In this document: positions 1-12,030 of the stretch, piece after piece
Layout: each line of letters starts with the position of its first letter
Position numbering within the stretch: the stretch's first letter is position 1
Source: Hydrolagus affinis
Lineage: Eukaryota
Assembly (NCBI GenBank): GCA_012026655.1
Contig: JAAILG010001186.1
Coordinates: 1-64,000, forward strand
Direction: 5' to 3'
Length of the DNA stretch: 64,000 nt
Notes under the pieces: model-generated
Told to the model about the DNA's origin: nothing
Database searches by the model: none
The model's input: only the letters and a program-made list of their open reading frames with translations
Program-made: the position numbers and the translations under genes

Positions 1-298
1 GACGTTGGAGGAGGATGGTGTGATCGACTGTGTCGAATGCAGCAGACAGGTCAAGGAGGACGAGGAGGCAAAGGGAGCCCTGGTCACAGGCGGTTAGGAT
101 ATCATTTGTAACCTTAACCAGGGCAGTTTCTGTGCTGTGAATAGGGCGGAAACCTGATTGGAGGGGTTCAAAGAGTGAGTGAGTTGAAAGGAAAGAGCGG
201 AGCTGGGAGGCAACCACTCTTTCAAGGACCTTGGATAAAAACGGGAGGTTGGAGATGGGTCGATAGCTTGATGGTTGCGACGGGGCAGAAGATTGAAG
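1..298 (-). mobile_element. L2-clade LINE reverse transcriptase fragment, 5'-truncated, runs off the window
   Basis: Stop-free frame [89 protein letters not shown], a typical non-LTR RT segment. Confidence 0.92.
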
Positions 299-459
299 GC
301 AAGTGAGACAAAGACAATTGAAAGCAAAGATTTTCATTAATTTGGGCCAAATTTCAACAACTTTATCATGCAGTTGATAATATGCTTGAAAATATGCAGT
401 TGCTACACTTTACAGTAAATCCTGTGAAGCCTTTTGAGCCTAATATTTTCCAGAATTAG

Positions 460-560
460 GCTAACTGAGTACAGACCAGAGAGGAGTATGTAACCTTCTG
501 GGCTGTGTAGTTTAAAACTGCACCTGGCAGCTTCTTTACCCACTTAGCCACTGAGAGAGC
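460..560 (-). mobile_element. Degraded head of ancient tRNA-derived SINE (AmnSINE2-like)
   Basis: GCTAACTGAGTACAGACC...ACCTTCTGGGCTGTGT...CCCACTTAGCCA resembles the copies at 16140 and 29470. Confidence 0.45.
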
Positions 561-1110
561 TAAGATTTAGTGTTTAATAAATATAGAAGTGGCATCCAGT
601 AACAGAATATCAATACTGTACCAAGCTAGTTGTATTGTATTGACAGGCTGTCCAGCTTGGACACCTTGAATCTCTTCTCTAGTTTCTAAAAGGAATTTCA
701 TCCATCCAGCGGACATTTGGACAGATTGCTTGATCTAACACTGCCTTCTGGTCAGAAAGATGGATAGAGAGCACTGTAACAAATTCCCCAACGTCGAGAG
801 GGGATTAAAAACACATTAGAGTAATAATATTGGAAGCTTTCCTTTTGATCCCTCTGAATATAGATCGTGAAACTAAGCAGCTCACAGCAGGGAACATATA
901 CAATGGCTGATAAAACGTGAAGTTCAGGAAAGGAAAGAAACAAGAAATGGTAAATATAACAATGAAGCAAAAAAAATTAAACTGAATTCAATACAAATAC
1001 AATCAGCACCATATACATCCAGCAACAAAGCCAACAATAAAGCCAACAAAACGTTAAATAGCAAACAAAGAACTAGCACTAGTACAGAGGTTCATAAAGC
1101 ACCCCCAGTA

Positions 1111-1452
1111 ACTCCCTGTCACAGAATGGATCGACATCAAGATCCTCACACTTCTGTTTAAATCCCTCCACTCCTCTGTATCCCCCTACCTCTCTAACCT
1201 CCTCTCTCCCCACAGTAGTATCAGCTGCCTCTGCTGTACTGGATCAGGCCTCCTCCTTGTCCCCCGAATCCTCTGCTCCACCAATGGCAACCGTATTTTC
1301 AGCTAAGACACCGCAAAACTTTGGAACTCAATCACTCAACCCTTCATCTCGCCCCCCTCTTTTCCCATCTTCAACCGCGCTTATGGTTATTTTCCTCCTC
1401 CCACTGGCTCAGCCTCGGGCTCCGTGACTGTGAAGCGCTCCGAGATGCCGCC
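1111..1452 (+). mobile_element. L2 LINE 3' end
   Basis: Decayed ORF2 C-terminus (LPV..IDIKILTLLFKSLH...PYLSNLL) followed by 3' UTR TGTGAAGCGCTCCGAGATG. Confidence 0.75.
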
Positions 1453-1475
1453 CGGCTTTCTTTTTCAAGTAAGAG

Positions 1476-1730
1476 GTTGCATTTGCAAAGCACTGTGTCA
1501 TGTCAAACAAACTCAAAAGTGCTTCACAGATAATTTGCTGTGAAATGTAGTAACTGTACTTGTAGGCACATGTTTCAGTCATTTGCACCGACAAGGTCCA
1601 CAAAACATAAAATGAATGAACAATTAACCAGGAAGAATGTTTGCCAAGACACTGGGAGAAATTTCCTTTTCATTTAGAATCATGTCATGGGTTCTTTAAT
1701 AGGCATACGGGACCTGGTTTAATGTTTAAT
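1476..1730 (-). mobile_element. Old DeuSINE (SacSINE1/AmnSINE1-like) fragment
   Basis: Deu-domain remnants GACACTGGGAGAAATTTCC...GTCATGGGTTCTTTAA...GGGACCTGGTTTAA plus a TTGCATTT...AAGTGCTTCACA tail. Confidence 0.6.
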
Positions 1731-1861
1731 GTCTGATGCGGGAAACAAGAGTAACTTCTATTCTTAAACAGGAAGGTACAACAAACATGTTATGCAAGTA
1801 AAAACTGTTGAAACTAATATTTAGGTATTTTACTAGAATACAATTCACATTAATAATACAG

Positions 1862-2153
1862 TAATAATAATCATCATTCTTGCATTTGATACAGTGTTTT
1901 TCACGTCTTCTAGACCTCTCAAAGCACTTCACAAAATATACTATGAAGTGAATTGACTGTATATTTGTTGGTGAAATGCGGCAGCCATTTGCACACAGCA
2001 GTTTCCCACAAACAGTCGTGGATTGAAATGATCAAATTATTATTATTTTCTAGGTGTGATTATTGTAAGGAAACTTGCCCAAGGTTTCGCTCTGCCAGGA
2101 ATCGAACCCAGGTCTCTTGCTTGTAAGGCAAGCGCTCTAACCACTGAGCTACA
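1862..2153 (-). mobile_element. tRNA-derived SINE, near full length (SINE2-1_CM-like)
   Basis: Minus strand has A box TAGCTCAGTGG, B box GGTTCGATTCC, the body shared with about 10 copies in the window, and an (ATT)n tail. Confidence 0.9.
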
Positions 2154-2532
2154 CATATTGATATATTCATGTCTGGAGGGGGTCCCAAAGAATCTCATAT
2201 AGCTGGTTTAGCAACTAAGCCAGGGATGGGGGGGGAGGGGGGTGGGGGAGGCGGGGGTAGTAGCTGGAGTTTGAGAGGGTGGGGGAAGCAAAAATAGCCC
2301 AAATCTTAGTCAAAGATACAACTCTCAAGGCAGGTGTGGCAAGAACATCACTGATCAAAATATTTCAATTTGCTGTTGCTCTTTGTACAATTGGAAAAAT
2401 TAAGCCAAGAACCCCCAAAAATTAAGTTTCTCATTATTAAAAGCTATTCCTATTATAAATACACAAGAAATAGATTGTTACTGTTAGGGGTCAGTGTGTG
2501 CTACATCTTATCCATAGAGACAACCATGCAAC

Positions 2533-2594
2533 AAAAATGCAAAATACTGCAGATGCTGGAAATCTGAAACAAAAACAGAAATCGCTGGGAACAC
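2533..2594. mobile_element. Single-arm fragment of the Penelope-like palindromic element
   Basis: AAATACTGCAGATGCTGGAAATCTGAAACAAAAACAGAAATCGCTGGGAA matches the left arm at 3990-4040. Confidence 0.7.
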
Positions 2595-2729
2595 CGGTCT
2601 TTCCACTTGATTTTGTTAATCAGATTAAGTACAATGTTAACACCAATTTAGATCTTAATTAATAGCATCTATTTTACCACCATTCCCACCCAGTCCAAAG
2701 TAAAAATTACTCCAGGATCATCAACAGCA

Positions 2730-2960
2730 ATAATCACACCCATCACAGGTTCCGTAAATGACAGGCAAAATCTCATCAACCAGCAGGGAGAGCACTATCT
2801 TTGCTGTTCTGTCAGAATCACTTTGAAGGTACTTTGAAGTGTGTCCAGAATCTGTTTCCAAAAGCTGCTGATGAAATGTGTTGATCAGAATGAGAATGAC
2901 TGTCGCACTCTTTGAAACTGACAGTGCTCTACCCTGGCTGGGATGGAAGAGAAGAGTTTT
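2730..2960 (-). mobile_element. Highly decayed L2/CR1 RT relic
   Basis: ORF 2721-2963 (RALSVSKS..LINTFHQQLLE.DSGH...LQSD...KIVLSLLVD) loosely parallels the RT segment at 1-298. Confidence 0.35.
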
Positions 2961-3625
2961 CATAGCAGTGCACCATCGTTCACTTGACTTTTCTCAGTAA
3001 TTACTTTCTTAGCTGCATCACATCTGCCGGTGAAAGATGGAGCAGTATTTCTAGGAAGAGACTTTGAGATATTTTGTTGTACTCTTGTGGTGCTAAGAGT
3101 GCACAACCTAGACATTCCCAAACTGGTGAACCTGAACTAAGGCTTAGCTGTTTTATACAGGAACAGAATCTGATTGTTTTTAAAATAAAGGATGATGTGC
3201 AGAGAATATGGTTATTTGACTCTGAGGATTAGCAGTCAGTCAGGGCCAATTTTCTTCATTGAGGCAAGAAGTTGCAATTGGCAACAGTTGACTATGGTCA
3301 CATTGTGGGAAAACCTCAACTCTTCTCAACTCATAGGATTGCTGATAGTTACATGAGCGGAACAATTATGGCTTCACAGTCTGCATGCTGTTATTTCATT
3401 TCTTCCATTTTCTTGAGCTAATTGTTCCAAATAAAGATCTTCTTTCGTAAAATATTCTCAAATAACTCGAATGCATTGGAACAAACAGAATTATTTATTC
3501 CAGGAATCCGATACTTTTATCAAATTTACCAAGCAACACAAAGCAACACAAATTGCATTTTTTATACAGAGTGCATCAAAATATTTTGATTTGCAGCGCT
3601 CTTTGTAAAATAAAAAAATATATAT

Positions 3626-3802
3626 TGGTCAATTCAATCCATGATTGTTTGTGGGACACTGCTGTGCGCAATTGGCTGCCGTATTTCACCCATAAATATG
3701 CAGTCAATTCGCTTTACTGTGTATTCTGGGGCGAATGTAGCATTTTGAGACATCTAGAAGATGTGAAAACCACTATATCACATGCAAAGATGACTATGAT
3801 TA
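3626..3802 (+). mobile_element. tRNA-SINE 3' half
   Basis: TTTGTGGGACACTGCTGTGCGCAATTGGCTGCC...TTTGAGACATCTAGAAGATGTGAAAA...ATGCAAAGAT. Confidence 0.85.
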
Positions 3803-3883
3803 TCAGAAAAATGGTGCCATTAAAATGATACCATATGTACGTTTTGCTTCCCAGCTGCTCGAAAAGTGAGGAATAAAATATAG

Positions 3884-3971
3884 TAATAATAATCTTTGCA
3901 TTTAATATAGCGCTTTTCACAGGTCTCACACTTATAAGTCGAGTACTCTAACCACTGAGCTATAGGACTCC
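3884..3971 (-). mobile_element. Internally deleted tRNA-SINE (head fused to tail)
   Basis: The tail TAATAATAATCTTTGCATTTAATATAGCGCTTTTCAC directly abuts the head AGGTCTC...CTCTAACCACTGAGCTATAGGACTCC. Confidence 0.8.
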
Positions 3972-3984
3972 AAATATAAACAAA

Positions 3985-4225
3985 ACACAAAATACCACAG
4001 ATACTGGAAATCTGAAACAAAAACAGAAGTCGCTAGGAAAACTCAGTGGGTTAGGCAGCATCTATGGAGAAAGAAAAGTGAGTCAACGTTTCGGATCCAT
4101 GAGCATTCGTCAAATTTCAGTTCTGATGAAGGGTCCTGGACCCGAAATGTTGACTCACTTTCTTTTCTCCATAGATGCTGCCTGACCTGTTGAATGTTCC
4201 CAGGGACTTCTGCTTTTGTTTCAGA
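3985..4225. mobile_element. Penelope-like inverted-repeat (pseudo-LTR) relic with hammerhead-like motif
   Basis: Arms about 4011-4112 and 4123-4225 are imperfect reverse complements; contains CTGATGA-AGGGTCCTGGACCC-GAAA. Confidence 0.75.
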
Positions 4226-6289
4226 AATAAAATAAGCTTTGTTGTAACATGAAAAGTAAATTCTGGTCAAGCATGGAACCATTGAGAATGGGAACATCGT
4301 CTCATGATACCCTTTTCCCTTCTGCTGTTTTTCAAATGAAGCAATAAACCAAACATTAAACAAGCATAGTAACAGAACCATCAACTGAGCCCTTTTATTT
4401 AGGCTATTCATATTCCCTTACCTAAAAGTCAAATGCCTTTCACAATAAAATGGAAAAATCAATGCTCCGCCTACTGTCATGGATGAAGGAAAGGATCTAA
4501 TTAGAAGTGGAGACTGATGGAACAATCAGTATAACTCTTAATCCCAAACATAAGTACTGATAGCCCTGAGCCTCACACCACCCTTGCTTTGATTTTCATG
4601 TGAACAAGGCCTTATCTGAGAAACTTCAATTTGCATGACTTTGCTTGGAGGCAGCTCCCATGATACGTTAATTGCAGGGTGCTTAAGTACTAAAAGGTTA
4701 ACATAAAATCCTTTGCAAACAAGCTAATAGTTTATGATAATTTTTTTTATTCTTGCCCTTTGTCAGTCTATCAATGGATTGCCTCTAGCTGCAGTTTTAT
4801 CGAAGGGCTATAAAAATATAGTTTAAACAAGTTCATTCATTCATAATTGATATTTAAATCACTTTCTCTAATTTAGCTATTCTGACCCACTAACAGTCTC
4901 CAAATTATAATGTAATTAAACCACCCTGTATTACAAAGAATTTTATTTCAGGACTAAATGGGCAAGTAAGCGAAAGAGCCTTCCTGTTCAAGAAGATCAC
5001 TTCAGTGCTAAAATTGGCAAACTACAGAAGTATTACACACATTTTAAAGTTACTAAAACTATTATAGCATATTATGAACAGCCAACCACAGAATAATGCT
5101 GCACAAGATATATTTCTGACTCTCTTGCATTCCTACAAACCAATAATTTTCAGTGTTCAAAGAAGGTGGTGCTAATCCAGTTAAAAGAATAATTGGGGAA
5201 AGGATTTTGAAGAAAATCACCCCTTCAGGTCCAAAGGTAATTATACAGTACATTGTTCTATTATGACAACTGCATTCCTTGTTTAGATACATGCAACAGG
5301 AAACGTGGAGAAGACAGAGAATCGGGTGGATTTGTGTGTGGAATGCCACAGTTTTCAGTCTGGTGGCACAGTGGAGCCTGACTACTGTAGTATCCAGTGC
5401 TAGAAATTAAACAAATCCTATTGGTAATTACTGTAAAAGGAAGAGAGAATGTGCAGTTTTAGTTGAAAGGCTCCATATGAATACAAGTTGTGCTCTTGTT
5501 CACACTGGAATTGCCTTTCCACAGTGAAGTGGAAAACTTCACTGACGAAGGTAAAACCGAATGAGTTCAAGAATTCTGAAAGTCTAACAATGATTTACTT
5601 CCTTCAAGCCTTCTTACACATTTAATGCCAAGTTTATCTTCACATATGGGTGATGCAGAACAATTTCAATCCAATATGGCTCTGCATCACCTTGCCCTGC
5701 CACTTCCGTCAACAATCACTCCTTTTACACCGCTGACAGAGCCAGAGGTAAAGCGGGAACCAAAGAAACTGATTCAAAGTTAGGTTTGTGGCATAAATTC
5801 TCTGCCTGTTGAAACCTTCCCCAATCTTTGGCAAAGGTCAGCATAGATCAGGGGTGTTAAACATAGCTTGCAGAGGCAGCTCAGTTCATCCATGTATAAA
5901 AACAAAATGGCTGGCAGTAACACGGATCTTTTAAAGGTTGTTATTTCCAAAAGTAAAGGTGCTCCCCAGACTGCACATTTCATTTATGTGTTGCTGTAAA
6001 GTGAATACAACACTGGAGAGGATTTATTTTGAATAGCAACATACAAAGAAACCCATCATCATGCTTAGGAGTATCCAACCAAACTGATGCAGACCATCTA
6101 TACACTAGAATTCCTGTGAATTGGAATGCAAAGGGGAACGAAATCTAGGCACAGTAGATAACATATTAAATTTAATATAGGGTGATCAAAACTCGTGATA
6201 TCTACCCTATTATTTAAGACTTATTAGACATTGTAATAGAATTACAACTTTTTGGTCACCCAGTAAGTATATATATTTATTTATTGTGT

Positions 6290-6500
6290 ATCCTTACATT
6301 TAATGTAGTGCTTGTCACATCGAGACGATGTTTCAAAGCGTTTCATGGGATATATTGTAAAGTGCAGTGACTGAGTATTTTGTAGGTAAACGTGGCAGCC
6401 AATTTGAACACAGCAATATCCAACAAACAGTCATGCAGTTTTGTTTAGAGGACTGTTAAGTTAGCCAGATCACTGGGAGATCCTTACTTCACTTTTCAAA
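6290..6500 (-). mobile_element. DeuSINE-type 3' fragment
   Basis: CCTTACATTTAATGTAGTGCTT...CAAAGCGTTTCA...GGCAGCCAATTTGAACACAGCAA...CACTGGGAGA. Confidence 0.65.
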
Positions 6501-8531
6501 TATAGAGGACAGCAGTCCAGGAGATACAAATTCACTTCAAAGGCAATAGAAAAATGCTCAACTTAGCTCAAAATGTTTTGCTAGCCTACAATTATAGCTT
6601 TAAGTGAACACAACATAAATGAGACTTAAGTAGATAATATCTCTCCAGGTGTGATAAGAATAGAAGTTTAGTCAAGAGGTATTATCTAATCCCTTTGTGC
6701 ACTGGTTTGCACAATGAATAGCCACCAAGAGAAAAACATTCACCCAACCATGTTTTTTGTAACCTCATTATATCCAAGTCAATAAATCTCTCCTGAAAAG
6801 GGGGATTTTTTATGTGTAGATTTTGTGTCAAATTGTTTTCCCTTACAGATGCAATCACCAAAAATAAGTAAATTTGGGGGATGAATTCATCATCCATACC
6901 AACTATGTAAGCAGATATTCAAGGAGAAAGGATCCATGAAAAAACGTGGAACTCTTGTTTGGTGAATCACAAAGCCATACAGACCAGAACATTGCAGGTT
7001 GTAAAACTCTTTGATGTTCTTCATCATCAATAGACTGGCAACACTCAATGTCAAGACTCAAATATGAGTAATAGGTACTTCAGTGAGGTATTGGAGGGTG
7101 ATTTGTGCACTTGAACTGTACTTCAGTGGAAGGTCAAAGGAGGTCAGCAGTCCCCTCGGGAGTGAAGAGAAAAACTGGCAAAATCGGAGGACTTTTTTTT
7201 GAAAAACGGTAGAGAACAAATCTACTGAGGCGGGAGGGGTCCCTGTGGCTATGCCCTTATTGATCTGAAATTGTCAACTGCCGGTCAACAACATGAGATT
7301 AAAAAAACCCTGAAATAGTCAGCACTTGAGGTCACCTGTACATGTTTCCATCACAATGGACATCCCATCATGCTGCCTACACACCACTACACAGACACCA
7401 GCTGGAAAATTCGCAAAGCACATTGCAGCACTGTTAAAACTGCTCCAGGCAACCCTTCCCAATCCTTCAGAGACTGTTTACTTCTTTGTAAACACTGTTG
7501 CTTACAGACTCTCAGGCACCAGCTGATATTAGCCCTCACTTCTCCGAAACTGTTCAGAAAGTGAACTCTGTGATCTTTCCTATGATCTTTGGTGCTAAAC
7601 TGTGGTCAGCAGCACAGTGAGTGCATTTAGGAACATGACATCTTTTTTTACTTTTCTTGGAATTTGCAAGTTCTTTTTTAAACTACCATATTAATTGCAG
7701 ATCAAAGTCTGAGTATGGTTTGTGTGAAGAAAATAGAATGCATTAGCCCATTTAGAAATAAGTTTAAAGTGCTTCTCCAATGATTTTCAAAATATCTTGC
7801 TTGCTAATGAAAATTCCTGCTTGTAAACAAGGACTGATTTGGAGAGCCTGTACATTCGTGTTGTCTCATATTTTATAATAGCATGAGAGATTGAGCAGGT
7901 TATATGAATAATGAACTTCTAATAAATTGAACGCTAATTATTTTTCTCACCGTCTGACACCTGCGAAAATCCATGGTGAAGAGTTTCTAAACCCAGATAG
8001 TAGTTCTACTTATGCATGCCACTTACAAATGGAAATTTCCATGTATCTGAATGGGATAAGCACTCTCACTTCAGAGCGATTCACCTTGCTTACCAAGTTC
8101 TGAAGAGTAGTATTATGCACAGATTGACAAGAGCCAAAGCTTGAGGACATCACAGTGTGCATTGGGGTTCTACTGGAGTTTAACCGCATTGCTTGTGATT
8201 GAGATATCTGTGTAGCAAGCTACCAACTGCCAGCCTGGTTAGGACCAACTTACCTGTTAGGACTTTGGCTTGCAGCTTTAACAAAAGCCAAGCAGAAAGA
8301 ATACCTTTCCCCAGTGAGCAATCTGCTCCCAAAGTCCTTCCACTTTTTATAAAATAAAAATGGAGAATAAACCAATTAAATTCGTACACAATTTAATCAA
8401 TTCTATTTTGAAATGGAGAATAAACCAATTTGAGATATTCAATCTGCATAAGGTAAAGCAAAACATTTATTTGGCATAGAGCTAAACAAATATGGAATCT
8501 CTATTGGGCGAGCTTTCTGGCTCTGAAAATA

Positions 8532-9202
8532 CCGTAAATACCTGCGTATAAGGCGCACTCGCATATAAGNNNNNNNNNNNNNNNNNNNNNNNNNNNNNNN
8601 NNNNNNNNNNNNNNNNNNNNNNNNNNNNNNNNNNNNNNNNNNNNNNNNNNNNNNNNNNNNNNNNNNNNNNNNNNNNNNNNNNNNNNNNNNNNNNNNNNNN
8701 NNNNNNNNNNNNNNNNNNNNNNNNNNNNNNNNNNNNNNNNNNNNNNNNNNNNNNNNNNNNNNNNNNNNNNNNNNNNNNNNNNNNNNNNNNNNNNNNNNNN
8801 NNNNNNNNNNNNNNNNNNNNNNNNNNNNNNNNNNNNNNNNNNNNNNNNNNNNNNNNNNNNNNNNCAGGAGAGGGAAGCAGGGAGGGAGAGAGAGAGAGGG
8901 GGGGGGCAGGAGAGGGAGGCAGGCAGGCAGACTGGGTTAGGCAGAAGGCAGGCAGCAAGCACAGCACTGAAGTCCGCTGTTGCTGCTGCTGCCCGGGCGG
9001 CCGAGGCCGAAGCCCCATCACCCGCTCCCCCCAACCCCCGCCGGACACTGACCAAACCCCGGCTGACAGTGCGCCGGCCGCCCCTCCTGTTTACTGTATT
9101 TCCGAGGCTCAAAATTTCTTGTACTTGCATATAGGGCGCACCCCCAACTTTCGAGGTCTTCCAACGTGAAAAAAAGTGCGCCTTATACGCGGGTATTTAC
9201 GG
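8532..9202. mobile_element. Non-autonomous Tc1/mariner-superfamily (pogo/Tc2-like) DNA transposon (MITE)
   Basis: 28-bp TIRs CCGTAAATACC(T/C)GCGTATAAGGCGCACT at 8532-8559 and 9175-9202 (27/28 identical), flanked by TA at 8530-8531 and 9203-9204. GC-rich interior is partly in an N gap. Confidence 0.9.
8570..8864. other. Assembly gap (295 N)
   Basis: Run of N. Confidence 1.
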
Positions 9203-10589
9203 TATATCATCCCTTCAAATGCTGTAGTTCACCAGTGGGGGTGCTCCTAGCATGCTAAAGTATGTTATACATCAACACTTCAATATGGCAGATTTCCAAC
9301 CCTGGACATGGCCTTACTCTGGAACACATGACAGCATCAAGCTCAGCACATTGCAATCTATTCCCTGAGAAGCAAGATTGATACAATGTGCACATTGTTA
9401 AAAGTTCATCTTGCTTCCATTATAGTATGCAGAGTAGTAATAAATTACATTTAGTTTTCACAGGCTCAACCATGTGAACACCAAGTGTAAGCCAAGCCAG
9501 AGGAGGCCTGGATTTATAAGTACTACATCTGTATGAACAGAAGGTATTGTCATAAATTTTGAAGAAAGAATACACTCCAACAGATTTCAATTGACTTTTA
9601 TAACTTTTCTATAAATGTAAGTTTACAACTGCTGTTGTACCTCCTTCATTCATTTCCCCCCTCATATTATTTGTGTGTATTTCACTCTACTTTTCAATCG
9701 CTTAAACTCACACGCCATTCCTCAACTAAAAGCCAAAGGACTGTCAAACCTCTGCCAATTCAAAAAACTAAAAGATGTGAAAAAGCTGCCGGAGATGAAT
9801 TACCCAACAATCTTTGTTGCCCACCATTGGAGATTCATCCAACGGGTGAGTTCTGTGCCCCCTTTCCTCCCACGGGGTGTGGAATACCCTGCCAAGAAAG
9901 GTGATAATGGCAGAGTCCAGTGTAGAATTCAAAAGGAAATGAGATCATCTACTGACTCAGGAATAATGTACACAGCTCATTAATCTCATTAACGGGGATG
10001 GAAATGCAATTGTACATCAGATGCAAGTACAGTCGTAGTATTCATTAGCACAGAGGAATTTTGGAGTCCAATTAAGTAAACATTTATAGCAAATCTTAAC
10101 TAGAATACAAAACAGCAAAATTACATTTATAGAGCGTCTTGCACGTTGGGAGGACGTCCCAATACAGACTATGTAGGTGAATTGAACTTGGTTTGCAACA
10201 AAACTGGTACAATTTTTTAGTTCTCGCTAATATTTTACTGTGGTATACAAGATGCCCTAGGTTTTTGCCTTGTAATTCATGGTGAATATTAACACGTAAA
10301 ATAATATACATAACAAAACTAATTTGCAATTCCAACACGTTTTCAAAAATGCTAATGAAAAGCAGCTAGCGCAGAAAAGTTTATTCATTAGGGCAACTTG
10401 AGTTCAAAGAAATGTCAACTTAACAGGAACAATATGAACCTTGGTTGCAGGAAAGAACAATGTTAGTCAAGATGATATCAGTTTCCATTCAGTAATAACT
10501 GTGGGTAAGGTAATTGCCACATTGTCAACCAGGATTTTCAACATGACAGTTTCGTCATTTTTACAAGTAGTATAGAGTTACACATGAGA

Positions 10590-10835
10590 TTCCAATTTTT
10601 GTAGATTTAAATTTTGGAGAATTGTTTTCACTCAAAGAGATGTTGTGGAATATCTGGCCAAAGAAGTTAGTAGAGCGAGTTCATTGTGGGATTCAAAAGG
10701 GAAGAACGGTTTATCAAAGTTAGATGCTTGAGCTAGGTGTTCTGCTGTTGGCACTGGGATTGAAAGTGCTACTTGCTGTGTGACCTTTGAAGACTCAATC
10801 GGCTGAATGACCTTCGTTGCACTATGATTCTATGA
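10590..10835 (+). mobile_element. Old CR1 LINE 3' end
   Basis: GTTTTCACTCAAAGAG..TGTGGAA...GGCTGAATGACCTT...CTATGATTCTATGA terminal repeat. Confidence 0.55.
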
Positions 10836-11669
10836 ATTTAATCAATGCAGAATGAATCTCAGAAATAGATGTAATTCTCCACTTCACCGCTTCCAACATT
10901 CAACTTTGTGACATAAAATCACATGCTGTCCGATTTTCCTCAACTCATTGGTGGCCATCAGAAGAGTAGTTTCAGATGAAGAAAATAATTCTGCCTATTT
11001 CATCTTATATTTTAAGAATACAAAATACTGTCAGCACATTTCTCCACAACCAATTACAGAAAATAGCAGGGCTGAATCAGGAGGTTGAATGAAACCTTGA
11101 CTGGATATTACAATAAAAAATTGGTACAATTGGTAGACTTACAATTCTAATTGATGTTAATGTTCAATTAATACCAGATTTGATTTATTATATGTACACT
11201 ATGCTAATTTTTAGAGTGACCATCCATCCAGTAGTGTTTAGGGCTTTGAAATGCCCTCCTGACGTGAAAAGCCTTATGTAAATGTAAATTGTATTTTCTC
11301 ACTCACAATATAATTTAGCTTCTGCTCAGAAATAGCTTCTTGCAGTCGAAGCATGGTAACTTTTGAACTTTGGTATTCTAATGCCCAACATTGGAGTTCA
11401 GCATATGTGGTTAAGTTATATATGTGTTTAGTTGTGTATTCTCAGACTGTCCAGAGTCTCCCAAGCTGGAATCGGGAAATATAAATGATGCCCGATCATG
11501 ATCACTTTACGCTTCACTTTCAGTAGAATAAACTAGGCATTTATTTCGCACGGCAAGTGAACTATAATTTATAAACTTGGTCTCACATCACAAAGCTAAG
11601 TCATCATCTATAATGTATTATTCCATGACTAAATACTGAAATGTATTACATTAAGCTAGAGAAATGAGT

Positions 11670-12030
11670 AGCAGAGTGGGTTAAGCACATAGTCATTTCA
11701 CCCCTGGGACTGGTATTCAAATCTTACCCAGAGTGATGGAATAAAGACATACTGACTTCGACACCTGTAATAGTCCCAAGTGAAATGAACTTGGCCATTC
11801 TCAATCACGTGCTTAGCAGTGGCAAGTCCAAAGTACAAAACTACTTAAACTTTGCCTGTAACTGGGATTAGATTGGTATTATAATTCAAAAAAGGCCATG
11901 AGGATAGCCAGTATGAAAAATGGGAATGTCACATTGGTGCAGTGCTAAAGTTGAAGTGCAAGCAATAGTTTGTGAGAGAAAGCAAAGCAAAATTTTGTTC
12001 TGCGTCTAACGTATGATGCATTTTATCTGA
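11670..12030 (+). mobile_element. LF-SINE-like ancient SINE
   Basis: TTTCACCCCTGGGACTGGTATTCAAATCTTACCCAG...GTGAAATGAACTTGGCCATTCTCAATC...GTCCAAAGTACAAAAC resembles the recalled LF-SINE consensus. Confidence 0.55.

Noticed and set aside
2222-2286. G-run tract with G-quadruplex potential
   Set aside because: Common low-complexity sequence on the antisense strand of the gene, with no evidence of function.
5718-5752. FTPLTEPE followed by GTAAAG, superficially like the LRMDA YTPLP exon
   Set aside because: It is on the plus strand, opposite to the gene; chance match.
8358-8430. 20-bp direct repeat AAATGGAGAATAAACCAATT with a 33-bp spacer (CRISPR-like geometry)
   Set aside because: Only two units, in a vertebrate intron, with no cas genes; a local duplication.
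8482-9130. Long ORFs of 188 and 209 aa, and an apparent CpG-island promoter
   Set aside because: The ORFs read through the N gap and low-complexity sequence. The GC-rich segment is the interior of a MITE.
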